This document shows, piece by piece, positions 21,938 to 36,200 of a stretch of DNA of 64,000 nucleotides; the stretch's first letter is position 1, and each line of letters starts with the position of its first letter. The stretch lies in the NCBI GenBank assembly GCA_026025795.1, contig JAPEUG010000008.1, positions 1 through 64,000 on the forward strand, in the 5' to 3' direction. Position numbers and translations under genes: made by a program. This DNA is from Thelocarpon superellum. Its lineage: Eukaryota. A model generated the notes under the pieces. It did not search any database, was not told the origin of the DNA, and worked only from the letters and a program-made list of their open reading frames with translations.

Positions 21938-22270
21938 CTTACCCGTCGGTGCCACGAGACCGCTATGGCGCTCATCACACCATCGCCAGCTCTGGACGAA
22001 AGCACTCGGTCCTTGTCAATCGACAGATCAATTCAGGGCGATGCATAGGAGTACCCCAATGGCGGTAACGATGCTCTCTGTAGCTTGCCCATACCATACT
22101 CCGTCACCCTCTCGACGCCGACGGTAGCCGAGGAGCACGAGAGCGAGCAACACGTTCGGTATCAGCCATCCGTAAGACCGAAATTGTAAGCTCCAACCAC
22201 GAGAAAGTCGTCTCCGTCTACGGTCGCCAGAGTGGGGATCTGGAATCGAGGGCGTATCCAAGTTCCCACA

Positions 22271-23825
22271 ATGACCTCGATCTCAGTCCCTGGATTGCTG
22301 TCGCGGTCAATTCGACAATGTATGCGGTCTCACATCCCCTCCTCAGCCCACCTCGCCCGCCGATATGCTTCGACCAAACATCCCAGAGGCTTCGTCCCAC
22401 CTACGACGGATGATTTGAATGAGCTACGAGAGAGCGTGCAGGAATTCAACAGTATGATACTTCTTGGGTTGATCTTTCACGGTGCCTCGGCTGACAAACC
22501 TGGACAGGACGAGAGATCCCCGAAGCCGTGGCGTTACAGACCGACCAGGCGAATGAGTTTCCAAAAGACATGTGGCCAAAGTTGGGACAAGCAGGGTCCG
22601 TAATAAATCATCCGGTCAGTGGATGAGGCACTGACCTAGAGATGTAGGTTCCTGGGCGTCACGGCGGAGGAAGAGTACGGAGGTCTGGCGATGGGATACC
22701 AAGCCCATTGCACCGTCATGGAAGAGATCAGCCGAGCGTCCGGCAGCATCGGTCTCTCCTACGCCGCCCATTCTCAACTCTGCATCAATCAACTGTCACT
22801 CAATGGCACGCCCAAGCAAAAACAGCGTCTTCTCCCGGGTCTCATCTCGGGCGAGAAGGTGGGCGCGTTAGCCATGTCAGAGCACTCAGCTGGCTCCGAC
22901 GTTGTGAGCATGAAGTCCACGGCCAAAGCTGTCGATGGCGGCTGGATCCTGAACGGTACCAAGATGTGGATCACCAATGTTTGCCTCCCTTCCCTTTCCC
23001 TTTCCCTCTCCCTTTCCTGTCCCTGGCCCGCGCCATTCGTCACCAATCTAACCAGAGATAGGGACCGGACGCCGACTACTTGGTGGTATATGCCAAGACG
23101 GAGCCGATCAAGGGCTCCAAGGGCATCACAGCATTCATCATCGAGAAGAACTTTGAAGGCTTCTCATGTGCGCGGAAGCTGGACAAGCTGGGAATGCGAG
23201 GATCGAATACGGGCGAGCTGATCTTCGAGAACGTCTTCATCCCGACGGAGAACCTCCTCGGAGAACTAAACAAGGGTGTCAAGGTGCTCATGGAGGGACT
23301 GGACATTGAGCGATTGGTGCTGAGCGCCGGGCCACTAGGGTATGATGCCGACGTGTCTGCAGCGTTGTCTTCATCCTGCCACGAGATCCCTAATGCTGAC
23401 GGCACGACACACGCAGCCTAATGCAAGCGGCCCTGGACGTAGTGCTGCCGTACACGCACGCGCGGCGCCAATTCAATACGCCCATCGCGCACAACCAATT
23501 CATCCAAGGCAAGCTGGCTGATATGTACACGAAGCTGCAGGCCTCGCGCTCCTACACCTACACGACGGCCAAGCGCATCGACGAGGAAGGGCTTATCCGC
23601 ACCGTCGACTGCGCCGGCGCTATCCTCTACGCCGCCGAGCGCGCCACCGAGTGCGGCCTCGACGCCATTCAGCTCCTCGGGGGCAATGGATACGTCAACG
23701 AGATCCCTGCGGGCCGCTTGCTGCGTGATGCCAAACTGTATGAGATCGGCGCGGGAACGAGCGAAATCCGCCGCATGGTTATTGGACGCGCCTTCAACAA
23801 GGAATATGAGGACCACCTTGGATAG
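22271..23825 (+). CDS. ivdA: Isovaleryl-CoA dehydrogenase, mitochondrial; spliced
   Basis: [85 protein letters not shown]. Confidence 0.96.
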
Positions 23826-24089
23826 ACGGCTGGGCGGTAGATGAATTATATTCTAGTGCTGGTATCGTGCCCTGTCAGAGGGGACTGATTCCCTGCTGCG
23901 GTGATGTACCCCCTCTCGTATGACATACGTCGTGTGGAAACAGGACCGGCCCAGCGTGGCGAAGGCAACTAAATATGAGCCTGGCATTCTTTGCTCCCCG
24001 AAGCGCACACAACGTCCTACTTCTGGCCCACTTCCGCTCCCGGCCGCCAGCGCTCGGGGATGGCTTGGGCAAGGGGGATGCGGGCACGA

Positions 24090-24917
24090 TCAACGCCTTG
24101 CAGCATCTGTACCATCCCGAGGCTTTTTGTGTGACATGTACGCGTCGTCATGGTTCTTCTCGGGTCCTGGCACTTGGTCTATGGTGTTGGCGGCCTTGCG
24201 CTTGCGCGACGGAGCTGGCGCGTCAGTCAAGAGGGACGCGACGGAGATTTGGCGGCTGGCGGACTTGGGGCTGAGCGGGGCACGCTTCGACCGGGCTGGC
24301 AAGGTCCCTGTACTTGCTCCACGTTCGCCCCCTAACTGGCATGGTGCTGGTCCAACGTTGGCTCCCGGGCTCTTGCTGGGCGTCCGAATTCCTGCCGACT
24401 CGCGCGTCTTGCAGAATGTTCGCCAGTCTGCCATGACCGACACCTTCTCCGCCAACGTCGGGTCAAGCAGCGGGAGGGTATGGCCCACGTTTCTCGGTCT
24501 CCACTTGACCACGGATAGGGCCGGACCCGCCGTTGCGGAATTGGGCATCGCCGTGTCTCCTCGTGCTCGCTTTCGTTGCTCATCCTCGTCGGCACGCTTT
24601 CGCTTTCGCGGACTCGTGAGGGTGGGATCGTTGATGCCGGCAGTGGCCTTGCGGCGTCGCGGCGTCGATTCGATGTCGTAGTAGTCGTCCGAGTAGTAGT
24701 CCCAGTCACTCCAGTATTCCGCCATCTCGAAGGTGGGGTCATTCAACCAGACCGGCGAGTGTACGGCATGTTCAGCCAGATCATCCGCCCAGGCGGCCTA
24801 GCAAAGGTCAGGCGGGTCGAGGGATCAGTGTGCAACAAGACGTACCACGTCATCGGCCGGCTCGTCCTCCCAACCGAATAAGTCGTCCATCTCGAAGTAG
24901 TCTTCGTCGTCCGACAT
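24090..24917 (-). CDS. Hypothetical protein with acidic/aromatic N-terminus and basic NLS-like tracts; one intron
   Basis: Exon 1 MSDDEDYFEMDDLFGWEDEPADDV, then a GTACGT...CTAG intron, then AAWADDLAEHAVHSPV...YWSDWDYYSDDYYD...PRKRKR joining ORF 24090-24746. Confidence 0.7.
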
Positions 24918-26419
24918 GGTGGCGGAAGCACACGGGACCGAGACCGTCAACTCGCGAGGGCCGGGCGGGGTCGAAGTGGTCCACCCAGATGAGGAATGGG
25001 AGCTCCTGACTGCCGCCGCGGGCTCATCGATATCCTTCCGATTCAAGCCAAGGAATCAACAAGTCATCGTACGTGCTGAGCTGCGTTACGACTGCCGTCA
25101 CCCATGACGGGAGCCAGCCGCGGGGTAGTTGGGACGAGGGTGACTAGACAGGATGTTCAATTCACTGGCGTCAACGTATGCAATTGGTCTAACGGTGGTT
25201 TCGGTAGGCACGCGTAAGTCTTGGGCATGACAGTCGGAAAGAAAGAGGCAACGGGTTGAAGGGACGCATCAACCCAGCAGCGAAACTTCCGCAGAGCTCG
25301 ATCCTACCAGGACGCAGCCAGGCAGCCGGCCGTGCATGCACAAGCAAAGCATCTACCGGACGGGGGTCTTTCTACTCGCACCGGTGCCCGTGTGGGCGTG
25401 ATGACAAGTACAGGTACATTCATGCGGCTAACTGTAAAGAGTGTAGTGTGAGAGGGCATGAATGGAGAGGCAGCCGTAGCAGCCTCTCTTAGACCGGACG
25501 AAGCGGAGAGGCTCGAGCGGTGGAATATTCACGTGATGGCAACGAACAACCTACAGACCATTGGCGAGTCGCACTACAGATGCGGAAACGGCAGGGCGGC
25601 ACTGTAGGATGGGTGTAACTTAATATTGTAGGAGCGCGCATATGATCTGGTCACGTGCCCACTCCTATTACCATCCCAGACTACGCGTAGATTAGAAATT
25701 GAGCTCTGATTCCTACAATATCCTATTGCTCCGATGGCCCTTTCTGCCTTGTGAATACACCAGCTGGAATCCGACCGATTTGAAATCTCGCACCAATCGA
25801 GCCTCATCCCGATCTCCCACGCCCTGGATCCTTGCTCCGAGTCAACAATGCTTGAGTCGGTGGCACTTCGGTCAGCGGAGAGAGATCCTAGCGCTATACG
25901 AGAGGAGGGTAAATGCAAATGCACGTGAACGCTGAGTCTGTTTTCGGACGTCGCGGCTCCTGGGTCCCGGTGTCATCCTCGGGGCCAGGAGCCGCGACGT
26001 CCGATGTTGAACTCAGCGCTGGATGAAGAGACGAATCCGCAGCCGAGCCGGCAGTGAACATATCTAAGCTCGAGCTGCTGCTGGACCCGGTCGGCGCGAT
26101 CGAGGGCAAGTGGTTTCCATGCATGAGAGAAGCACAGGAAGTTGTGCTCGGTGCAGATCGTCGAATCCCATGTAACGCTGGAGTATCAGAGTGCTCGTGA
26201 CCTCTTGTTGTGGAGAGCCCCTGGGGTCGTCCTTCCCCGCCGTTCGCTTAGATGCGGCTTATGGTGGAGAAAAGCTCGAGATGCGTGCCGCACTGTCATG
26301 TGGTGATGCTCCTATTGTAGTACTTCGTACATTAAGCTCGAGGGGCAAGTCCAGGGAATGACTCCTCCATAATCGACGTTCGTTGCCGTCAATCGCTTGC
26401 ATGAGCCCTATCAGTGGGG

Positions 26420-28812
26420 ATGTCTGTTCGTCCGGCATTGCGACGGTCACCATATCTGGCCAGATGGCTTCCCGCATCGCACCTGGTCAGCTCGCGGAGG
26501 ACATTGACATCATCGGACACCGCACTCCCGCAATCCTTGCCCCATTCCTATACACCCCTAACCTCCGTCTTGGTCGCCAATCGAGGCGAAATTGCGTTGT
26601 GAGTACAGTGTCCAATGCCTAGATGCTCTTCCCCGTCAAGTCCTTAACGACCAGCAAGGCGCGTGGCCCGTACGGCAACCCAGGCTGGGATCCGGACTAC
26701 GACCGTCTACACCGATCCTGATGCACGCGCCCAACATGCTCTCTGCTCGCCCTACGCGGTCAACTTGGGCGCACCATCTGCCTATCTGGATGGGGACCGC
26801 ATCATCGAAGTCGCCAAGCAGCAGGGGTGCCAAAGTGTCCATCCAGGCTACGGATTTGTAGGTCGCCGTGCAAGGGGTTGGATCGCTCTAATGCAAGCAC
26901 CGCTAGTTGAGTGAAAATGCTGCCTTTGCGCGCAAGTGCGCCGAAGCCGGGTTGATCTTCGTGGGCCCACCATGGAAGGCCATCGAGGCTATGGGCAGCA
27001 AGAGGTTCGTCATCTCCCCTTGGCCCCTCCGACCAAACTTTGACGTGGCCCAGCGAATCCAAGAATATCATGAACGCCGCCGGCGTGCCCTGCATTCCAG
27101 GATATCACGGCGCCGATCAGGATCCCGCGCGGCTCGAGTCCGAGGCGGAACGGATAGGCTTCCCCGTCTTGATCAAAGCCGTGAAAGGGGGCGGCGGGAA
27201 GGGCATGCGCATTGCACGAACCGCGGCGGAGTTCCCGGCCCAGCTACGATCCGCCAAGTCCGAAGCTATGAACTCCTTTGGGGATGAGGTGATGCTCGTG
27301 GAGAAATACATCACCACTCCTCGCCACGTCGAGGTCCAGGTTTTCGCCGACAAGCATGGCAATTGCGTGGCGCTGGGCGAGCGTGACTGCAGCATTCAAC
27401 GACGGCACCAGAAGATCCTCGAGGAATCCCCAGCCCCACATCTCGCTCCCGACATCCGTCGGGATCTTTGGGACAAGGCGCGGGCAGCGGCGCTCGCCGT
27501 CGGATACGAAGGCGCTGGCACGGTCGAGTTCATCTTCGATACCGAGACGCAGGAATTCTTCTTCATGGAGATGAACACACGTCTCCAGGTTGAACACCCT
27601 GTCACCGAGATGGTTACGGGCGAAGATTTAGTCCATTGGCAATTCCTGGTCGCCGAGGGACACCCTTTGCCCGTGTCGCAGGGGCAAATCGAAGCCAACA
27701 TGGCACGCCGAGGATGGGCTATCGAGGCACGGATCTACGCCGAGAATCCGGATCAGAACTTCATGCCTGATGCCGGCCGTCTGGTGCATCTCCACACCCC
27801 GGCCACTACCGACACAATCCGCATCGACGCTGGCTTCGTCGAGGGCGATGAAATCTCCTCGCACTACGACCCGATGATAGCTAAGTTGATCGTGGGCGCT
27901 CCGACACGGCACGACGCCATCCAGAAGCTTCGAGCGGCCCTAGAAGAGTACGAGGTGGTTGGAGTTGCCACCAACATCGCTTTCTTGAAGAGAGTGTGCG
28001 AGAACCCGCGGTTTGTCGCCGGCGAGGTCGAGACCGGATTTATCGAGAAAGAGCACGATCATCTCTTCGCTCCCGCGCCTATCGAGCCCGAAGCTTTTAC
28101 GCAGGCTGCCCTGGGGCTGTTGTTGCACGACATGAGCACGCATCCGACCGACAATCAACCGGGGCCAACCGGAGCCACGACGGGGTTTGGACCGGCTTCC
28201 GAGCGACGACAAGTCGTCTTGACCGAAATCGTGCCTGGTGTCGGCCCGGAGACGTCCCGGAAAGTGGTCGTTTTACTCGAGCAGCGGGCACCGGGGACAT
28301 TTGACCTCGAGGTGAACGGCCAGAAATACCCGCAGGTGCGATGCCATCTCGATGCCGCTCGCAATGTGCTCACGAGCTTCTATCCGCACATGCGCCTCGC
28401 CAGCACCTTCGTCCGGGTGGACGATGCAATCACCCTCTTCCAACGAGGCCGACAATATCGGTTCCATTGCGCCTCGCCACCGTGGCACACCAAAGCCTTG
28501 GGGATTCAGGCGGCAACGAACAGCGTGCTGGCGCCCATGCCCTGCAAGATCCTCCGCGTCGAGGTTGCCGCTGGGGAAAGGGTGAAGAAAGACCAAGCGC
28601 TGGTGGTGATTGAAAGTATGAAGATGGAGACGGTAATCCGCAGCCCACACGAGGGAGTGGTGTCGAGGATCATGCATGAACCTGGGGTATACGATACCGC
28701 GATTCTTGATGGTGCACTCACATAGCTGACCCGGTTCCAGGAACTCTGTAAGGCTGGCACCGCGCTGGTCGAGTTTGAGGACCGCGACACGGCGCAGGCG
28801 TCACCACCGTAA
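26420..28812 (+). CDS. mccA: 3-methylcrotonyl-CoA carboxylase alpha (biotin carboxylase/biotin carrier) subunit; spliced
   Basis: VLVANRGEIAL, HPGYGFLSEN, KAVKGGGGKGMR, ERDCSIQRRHQK, FMEMNTRLQVEHPVTE, biotinylation motif ESMKME. Confidence 0.96.
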
Positions 28813-29759
28813 TGCCCCGACACGAGACACCTTCTTCCTCGACACGGTGAGGCACGCGTAGATGACCCCACCGCCGTGATTCACGTAGCGCCTTCGGAGC
28901 GTTGGGGGCTTCGCAAGAGCTGTAGACCAAGTGGAGGTCATCGGCGCTTCGACCTCCAAACGCCGACTGCTATCTATATCGCCCTCGCTTGGCAATTTGA
29001 CCAACCACAACGGCGCCCGCGGCCGGCCTGTCATCCTCTTGGCGAGGTGTCGCACCACACATGACCCTGGCCCATTCATGGCCGTATCCTTCCAACAACG
29101 CCAGCCAAGCACCGACCAGCTCGCGTAACGCCGACAGGCCCTGTGAAACGACTCTCTCTCCTCTCCGTCAACCGCGAGGCGCATCTGGATCAAGCCGTAT
29201 ATCTGCACATGCTGCATCTCGGCGGCCGCGTCTCGCGCCGAACATGATGATGCGCGTCGTGTCATGGCTCTGGTTGTGAGCTATGCATCGTGCAGGTCTC
29301 AGAGGCAGACTCCACTCCGGTGAAGGTGAGGCAGATGCGTTTCACCAAAATTCTTGCGCGGCTACCAGCAGAGTAAACGACAAGTGCCCATACGTCCATT
29401 GTCCTTGCAGTGAATTTCCACTCGTACCAACGTGATGGGTCACAGTATAAAGTCGGGCTGAACGTCCCGCCGGGCTGCGATGGCAACTCCTGCACATTCC
29501 GACCCACGCCCAGCGCCATCTTTTACATTCCTCCTCGCCAGCCTTTCCTACGAGCCTGGAGCTCCGTTGTCACCCCCTATTTGTTACGGTCCACTTCAAG
29601 TCCTCTTATTCCTCCTTCTTCCCTTGGCCCTTTGTCCTCGGAGTTCAGTAGCATTGACTTCTCCCTTACGACGATCCACGACGATCCACGACGACGAATC
29701 TCCTTTTCCTTCTACCTTCGTCGCACCTCATCCGGAAACCTCTTCGGTGCACCTTCATC

Positions 29760-30420
29760 ATGGGCCTCAAGAACAATGCTAGCTCTCGTTCGGGTGGGGC
29801 CATGATTGCGGCAACCACCCGCGCCTTTTTTCGCCTGCTACAGTTCATCATGGCGCTGGCCGTCGTCGGACTCTACGGCACAGATCTGAACGCGGCGCGG
29901 ATGAGCAACACTACGGCTGACCCGAGATGGGTGCGTATGCCTGGGGGCGGATGCCCGTCGACTTTGAGCCACTGCTGATAGCATGCAGATCTACGCCGAG
30001 ACCATCGCCGGATTGTCCGCCATCACCTCGCTGATCTACATGATTCCCTTGGTCAAATCCTACCTGGGCTTCGGCTGGGATACGCTGCTCTTGTGAGCTT
30101 CCGTGCGGCCATTGGTCGTCCTTGACATGAGCTAACGTGGCTCGCCAGCATTCTCTGGGTGGCGGTCTTTGGCACCTTCGGTAAGAGACAACATGCCCCC
30201 CCTCACCACGGCGCTAGTAACACGGAGACTGACACTATTGTTAGGCAAGCTGTACATCAACGCCGACCCAGCCGGAGACGACAATATTCAGCGCATGAAG
30301 AACGCTGTGTGGGTGGACTTGTTCAATCTTTTCCTCTGGTTCTTCAGTGCCATCTACGGTGCCATCACCTTTTTCCGATCTTCTCATCGGCCTTCGTCCA
30401 TGCCGACGGTCACGGTGTAA
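29760..30420 (+). CDS. MARVEL-domain membrane protein; spliced
   Basis: RLLQFIMALAVVGLYGTDL...W(I)YAE...WDTLLFILWVAVFGTFG...RMKNAVWVDLFNLFLW; four predicted helices; GT-AG introns. Confidence 0.85.
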
Positions 30421-31936
30421 GCTGCAGCCACCACCTTCAAGCATGACGTGCCCTCGGGAGTTGGTCTGCGGGTGGGGCGTATGTCTTGCTATCTATCCAT
30501 TCAGCCAACCGACCATTGCATTCCTATCGCGTTCACCAATGGGCGTCGAGGGCTCGACTGGCCCTTGGTAGATTCATGGAGCTAGATTTGCCATCGCCGT
30601 GTCTCGCGCTGAATAGCAAGAAATGAGCAAACGACGATTAATATGCGTCAACCTCGTCAGTAATCGGTAACTCAATCGTCGTTCAGAGAGATTGCTACGT
30701 AAAGCTCCCCTTAAGTCAGGCCAACCCCCGAATGCGGTAGTGGTCCTGCCAGTTCTACTTCAGATCCAAGGGCAGAGTACTGTCCCCGCACGTGGACTTT
30801 GCGTTGCGGCAATTGGCGAGTGACCAGTCGTAGACTAGCTGCTGCCTGCAGCCGAGGCGAGAGCTCAGACCGTGGGAAGCGCTGGATCTACTTAGGCACA
30901 CCGTGCCTTCGTACCTGCGGCCGTTCGCGAAGCCCGGGCGACACCTTTCCATCGTGTCTCGAGCAGCTGTCCGCGCCCGGCGCACCCGGAGAAGGGACGC
31001 CGTGGGCGCTTGCTCAGGAGGGTCAGGTGGCATCGTCGGGATGGGGGTGCTTTGCACCTCGAACTGGTCCTCCCCCTCCCTACCGGTCCTTCGCTCACAT
31101 TGAATGTCATTAGTAACCACGACGATCCGGTGGCTGTTTTCGTCAAGCCGAGCACCAGGTGGTCGCACATACGTCAGACTGCAGTTGAGGTCCAATCCGA
31201 TCCAATCCCATCGTGAGGCGACTCCCTCGCTACCTACCATTGGGTGTCACTGTTGCTGCTCCTCGAATCCTAGTAGGAGCTCGTAGGCTTGCCACCGAAT
31301 GAGGATCCAATCTGCCACCAGCATGTAACTACTTTCGGTGTAACGATGCACTCCTTGCCGGGTACTAGGTACCTCGTACTATCGTGCTTCCAGGGGCGGG
31401 GAAACATCAGCTAGCGAGCACAGCAGACGTGAATGAAGACCCTTCACCTTCTCAAGCTTGCTCAGTCCGGTCCTACACGCAAAAACATCAACCTGTCAAA
31501 GGTGGTGCCCGAGTAAAACTGGAGGTCCGCGGCGACGCGTCCTCATAGCTCCCCCAACGTCAAAGTGCGGCATCGTCGTAACCTACTTCCTTTCATGCTA
31601 AAAGCACCGCGCTCGTTCATCGTCAGGGTTGGCCGCACCTTCCCTACTATCGCCTGGGCTCTCGAGAGATTCGAACGAGGCTCTCCACGAACGAGGCTTT
31701 GCACGATCGAGGCTTCCCACGATCGAGGCTTTCCACGCCGACCTACCCAGTACGTATAATGAGCGGCCATGTGAAGCTCCTGCACCGCGTTTCCAACCTG
31801 CAATACATCACGACCAGCCTGTCCTGCTTGAAGACTTGAGAGACCTGCTTTGGTGAACCCTCACTGACAGTTGAACAGCAGCTCGATAAGTAGCACACCG
31901 CGCGTAGGGACAGCTGTTGGAAGATAAAAAGACGAC

Positions 31937-33231
31937 ATGCCCAAGATGCTCGGCACATCAGTCATCGGCCAGGCATCACGAGCTCTGTCGCGGACGCTCC
32001 CGCCGTCCTCATATTGCGTATCCCGCCTTCCTACCCTGACCCGCCCTAGCACCAATGCCTTCTCTACATCCTTCGCCCGGACGGACGCGAAGAAGTCTTC
32101 CACACCCGCAGATCTGCCGAACGAATCCGGAGAGCATGAGGGATCTTTCGCTCGGACGGACCATCTCGTCCGTGTCAAATACCCCGAAGATCACGAGATG
32201 CCCAAGAGCGACTTCGTGCAAGGTCGGGGCGGGCTGCACTTCAAGCGAACCCTAGCAGCCTTCTCGCTCGAGGGCAAGGTTGGTGTTGTGACAGGTGGTG
32301 CGAGAGGCCTGGGACTTGTCATGAGCCAGGCATTAGTGGTCAGCGGAGCGGACGTGGCCATCGTCGACATGAACTGTGAGTGTGCTCTGCTTCACGATGA
32401 CCTTTGGTATCGTACGGTGGAAGAGCATCTCGCTAAGCCCCAGCAGTGGAAGAAGCGCAGCAACAAGCCAAGGAGCTGGAGGCCACCTTCCGCCGTGAGA
32501 ATCCTGGGGCAGAGACGTAAGCATCCTCGTGTGTACCGGAGAGGCCATTTCGCTGACGACGCGCAGAGTCCCTAGCGTCACTGCGCACTATGCAGATGTG
32601 TCGTCGCCGGCCTCGGTGGACGAGGCGATTTCCGACATCGTCGAGCAACACGGCCAGGTTGATCATCTCGTGACCTCAGCCGGGTTCGCTGAAAATTTTG
32701 AAGCCATCTCCTACCCCTACGAGCGCATGCAGAAGCTGTGGGGTGTCAACGTCGACGGCACCTACCTCTTTGCCATCGCGGTGGCGAAGCATCTGATGGC
32801 GCGAAAGGCCGGTGGGAGCATGGTCTTCATTGGAAGCATGTCCGGTAGCATCGTCAACGTCCCGCAGCCCCAAGCGCCATACAATGCGGCCAAAGCAGCA
32901 GTGAGACATCTTGCGGCCAGTCTGGCGGTGGAATGGGCTCACGCCGGCATTCGTGTCAACTGCATCAGCCCGGGCTACATGCTGACCGCCTTGTACGTGC
33001 ATCCGTTACACCTTTCGTGTGACCGGCCGTGACTGACAGCGGCCATTCAGGACGCGCAAGATTCTCAATGACAATCCAGATCTCATGAAGCAATGGACGT
33101 CCCTGATCCCGCAAGGAAAGATGGGCCAGCCCGAGGATCTCATGGGACCGGTGACTTTTTTGTGCAGTGACGCCAGTGGATACGTGACCGGGGCCGATTT
33201 GAGAGTGGACGGAGGCTACACGCTTACTTAA
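31937..33231 (+). CDS. Short-chain dehydrogenase/reductase (D-arabinitol 2-dehydrogenase/polyol dehydrogenase-like) with N-terminal leader; spliced
   Basis: VVTGGARGLG, SMSG, catalytic YNAAK, IRVNCISPGY, terminal YVTGADLRVDGGYTLT. Confidence 0.92.
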
Positions 33232-36200
33232 TCGTCGGCTCCGCGCACCCTCCTGCGCAATGGCAATCACCCAGATGGGCGTCGGAAACTCCGCAAGTTG
33301 CCGCCATTACGCCGGGAGCCATGGTGTGGGCTCTGTGCTTGAAATCCAAACTCGTCTTTAGCGACGGAAGGGGGGGGTCGGAGCGATAGGCAGTGACACA
33401 GGATTTCAAGGCCGGCAAGCCTTCACTGTTCGTGGACTTTCACTCCGAGGCAGGCTGTTGGAGCTATTGGACATCACTTCTTCCAACACGTTCCCAAAGA
33501 GCGTGCTCATACTCCTGGCTTGACCCAAAGAACGTAATGTAGCAATAGGAATCACATCTCGCATGCATTGTGCGCGCCGTCAGGCGTACATTCTGATCCA
33601 AGTCATGGACAAGACACAGCCAATAACAGCCCTTTAGCCAATTTCCCCTGCGGCGCCGACTCCTACGAGGGACACCTTTGATGGGACAGGCACTCGAAAT
33701 GAGGTGACTGTACTCGCACCACCATCGCACGCTCGAAGCACTGAACAGCTGGCTGCCTACCGCGTCGGAGCTGGGTCCCGTAAACCCAAGCGCAGACACG
33801 ACAAGCACCCGCCGACGAATCCCGCCTGGGTGGATTAAGAATGAAGATGGAAGCAGCGTGGTCAGCGCCGCCGATTGCCGGTATTTACGTTGCGTAAGGC
33901 AGAGTCCGTCCAGATCGGGAATTCGATGTGACAGGGGCGCTCGTAGCCCCCTGCACTGTAGAGCAGCTTCCCCTGAACTTACAGGCGTAGTTGGGTGTCC
34001 ACCGCACGCTCGTAACTGATTGATTACTGGTCTGGCACTGGTCGCGGCGGGTGCCGAAATCGTCTCCGCGGTGCACGAAGCAGCCAGAGCACGAAGCAGC
34101 CGGAGCGTGGGGGTCCGGGGGCGGTGGGGCGAGCAACGGGTGACGTGGGAGAAAGGACATGCTCGGGACCGACAGACGGACTCGGTCAGGACCCCCACCC
34201 ACGCGGTGGTGGAGGGTGTGGCAGAAACTTGGAACTGGTTCGTCGCCTCCGCATCTGAACCCCCGTCGTGCACGTCCGCTATCGCACATCATTTCCTCGT
34301 AGCCGGTACCTTGGGCCCGCGACGAGCTTTTCTCATCGTCTGGGTGGTCAGCACGGGTCGTTGGCGAGGTGCTTCCTTGTACCTGGTACAAGGCGGATGC
34401 TATGAGTGCAGGGTTGTTGGGGATGCAGGGGACTGACTGGATCTCGCCTGGGACCAGGGCTCTCCGGGGCGGCGGGCTATTGTCTGAAGTGGATGTTGGA
34501 TTATAACAACCCCGTAGTCGCTGTCCTACCTATGTCAAGACCCTCCCTTCCCAGGATAAGCCACCACTATGCGTGCTGCAGCCTCCATGGTCATCGCTTG
34601 TCCTTCGTCACCGTGCGAGTGTGCTTGTACTTCGTATGTATCGTGCTGGTAGCCAGGAGGGAACGCCATTTGCGGTCTAGACGCTGAGGCCCACGCGAGC
34701 CCGAGATTAATTGCACGCCTTCAATACATTTCGGCGAGGGTGGCGCCCCCAGGACCATCCACCCATCTTCTTGATTCCGTTGGAGAGGAATTGGCCGGCT
34801 AGAGAGGCCCCCCACAACAGAAATGATGGTCATGAGTCAAAGACATTGGTGCAACTGCATGTGCATGACTCCCGGCTCACGGCTACGGCATCCGGAATAA
34901 CAATACAAGTAGTGATGGGACCCGGCGGTTCCGCAAATCTGGTACGAGTATGAACTACCACCGAATGGTCAGGATCCGCTACGTCGAAGAAGCCGGTGGG
35001 GCGTTCCTCCCGAGAGGGGCGGAGACCCACGCTTGCCAGGGTGGCTTGACAGGGTGGGTTCACCGCCACGTGGAGCGCAGCACGGACGGGAGCAACAGAC
35101 GAAGCGAAGCAGGCGTTCCGACGATCTTGGGGCCCTCCTTGTCTGGCCGGGGAGATCGACCGTACCCAGGGCCAATCGGACGAAATCGCACTGGTCGAGT
35201 GTTTCGGTGACCTCGACACGGCCTCTATCGCGGTTCGAACTCTGCTTGGCCCGTAAGGCAAGATATCGGGCCGTGGCAACAGAGATGGATCAGACGGAAC
35301 CCTGCTCTCTGAACTCTGAACCACAATATAGGCCGACGACGCCGGGCCACGTGGAATACGAACCATGCTTGTCGCCCACTACCAGCGCCGTTGGCCATCA
35401 CTACGAGAATTCTCCGCGTTTCAAGGACGGTAGGGGTACCTGACCGAGTGTCGGTCATTATCCGCATGGGCGAAGCTGCTTGATAAGCGGCTGACTGCAG
35501 GCGGCGCGAGCAGGCCCGGTCCCCATGCTGGCACGCTGCGGTCTCGGAGGGCGAAGGTCCGATCGCATGTTGCCACGGGCAGTCCGTCATCGCTCTTCGC
35601 GGGCCACGGTACCTGGAAGCTGGTTCCGGAAAGGAAAAGCATGACAGCTGCAGGTGACCTCCTTGCCCCTGGCACGGGGAGGCTGGATGCATCCAGGTCT
35701 ACGATGGGCTCGGGCCGTAGGTCGCGCCCCTCGTGCGTCTTGAGTGGTGATCTGAGTGCGTGGAGGCGACCACCCACCCTTCGTCAGGTGCAGCGGCTGG
35801 GCTCGAGAGCCTAGGGGAGCGAGCCGCCGCCTGGGTGGACCAGACATATAGCAAGCCCAGCGCGGCGGGAGACAGGACGCAGACGCCACAGAAGAACGGT
35901 GGAAGGGTGACTAGTTCGCTGGCGCGAATGGCCGACCCAAGATCCCGGTAGCTCACGAGGATCGAGGTGCGTCCACTGGGACGGTGGGTCTTCCTAGGCC
36001 CGTTTCCGTAGGGGGCATGACCAGCTGGAGGCCGCTGGCGGTGCGGGTGGTGGTGGCCACCCGCAGGCCCAGCAGAGCGACAGGGGTCTGCGACGCACGC
36101 CCTAAGCCGAGGGCGCATTCGCATCCCGAAGCGCCATTCTTCTTCAGATCACCAGACGCCTTCCAGGACCGACTCCGAGACCGCCTAAGGGACCGAATCT

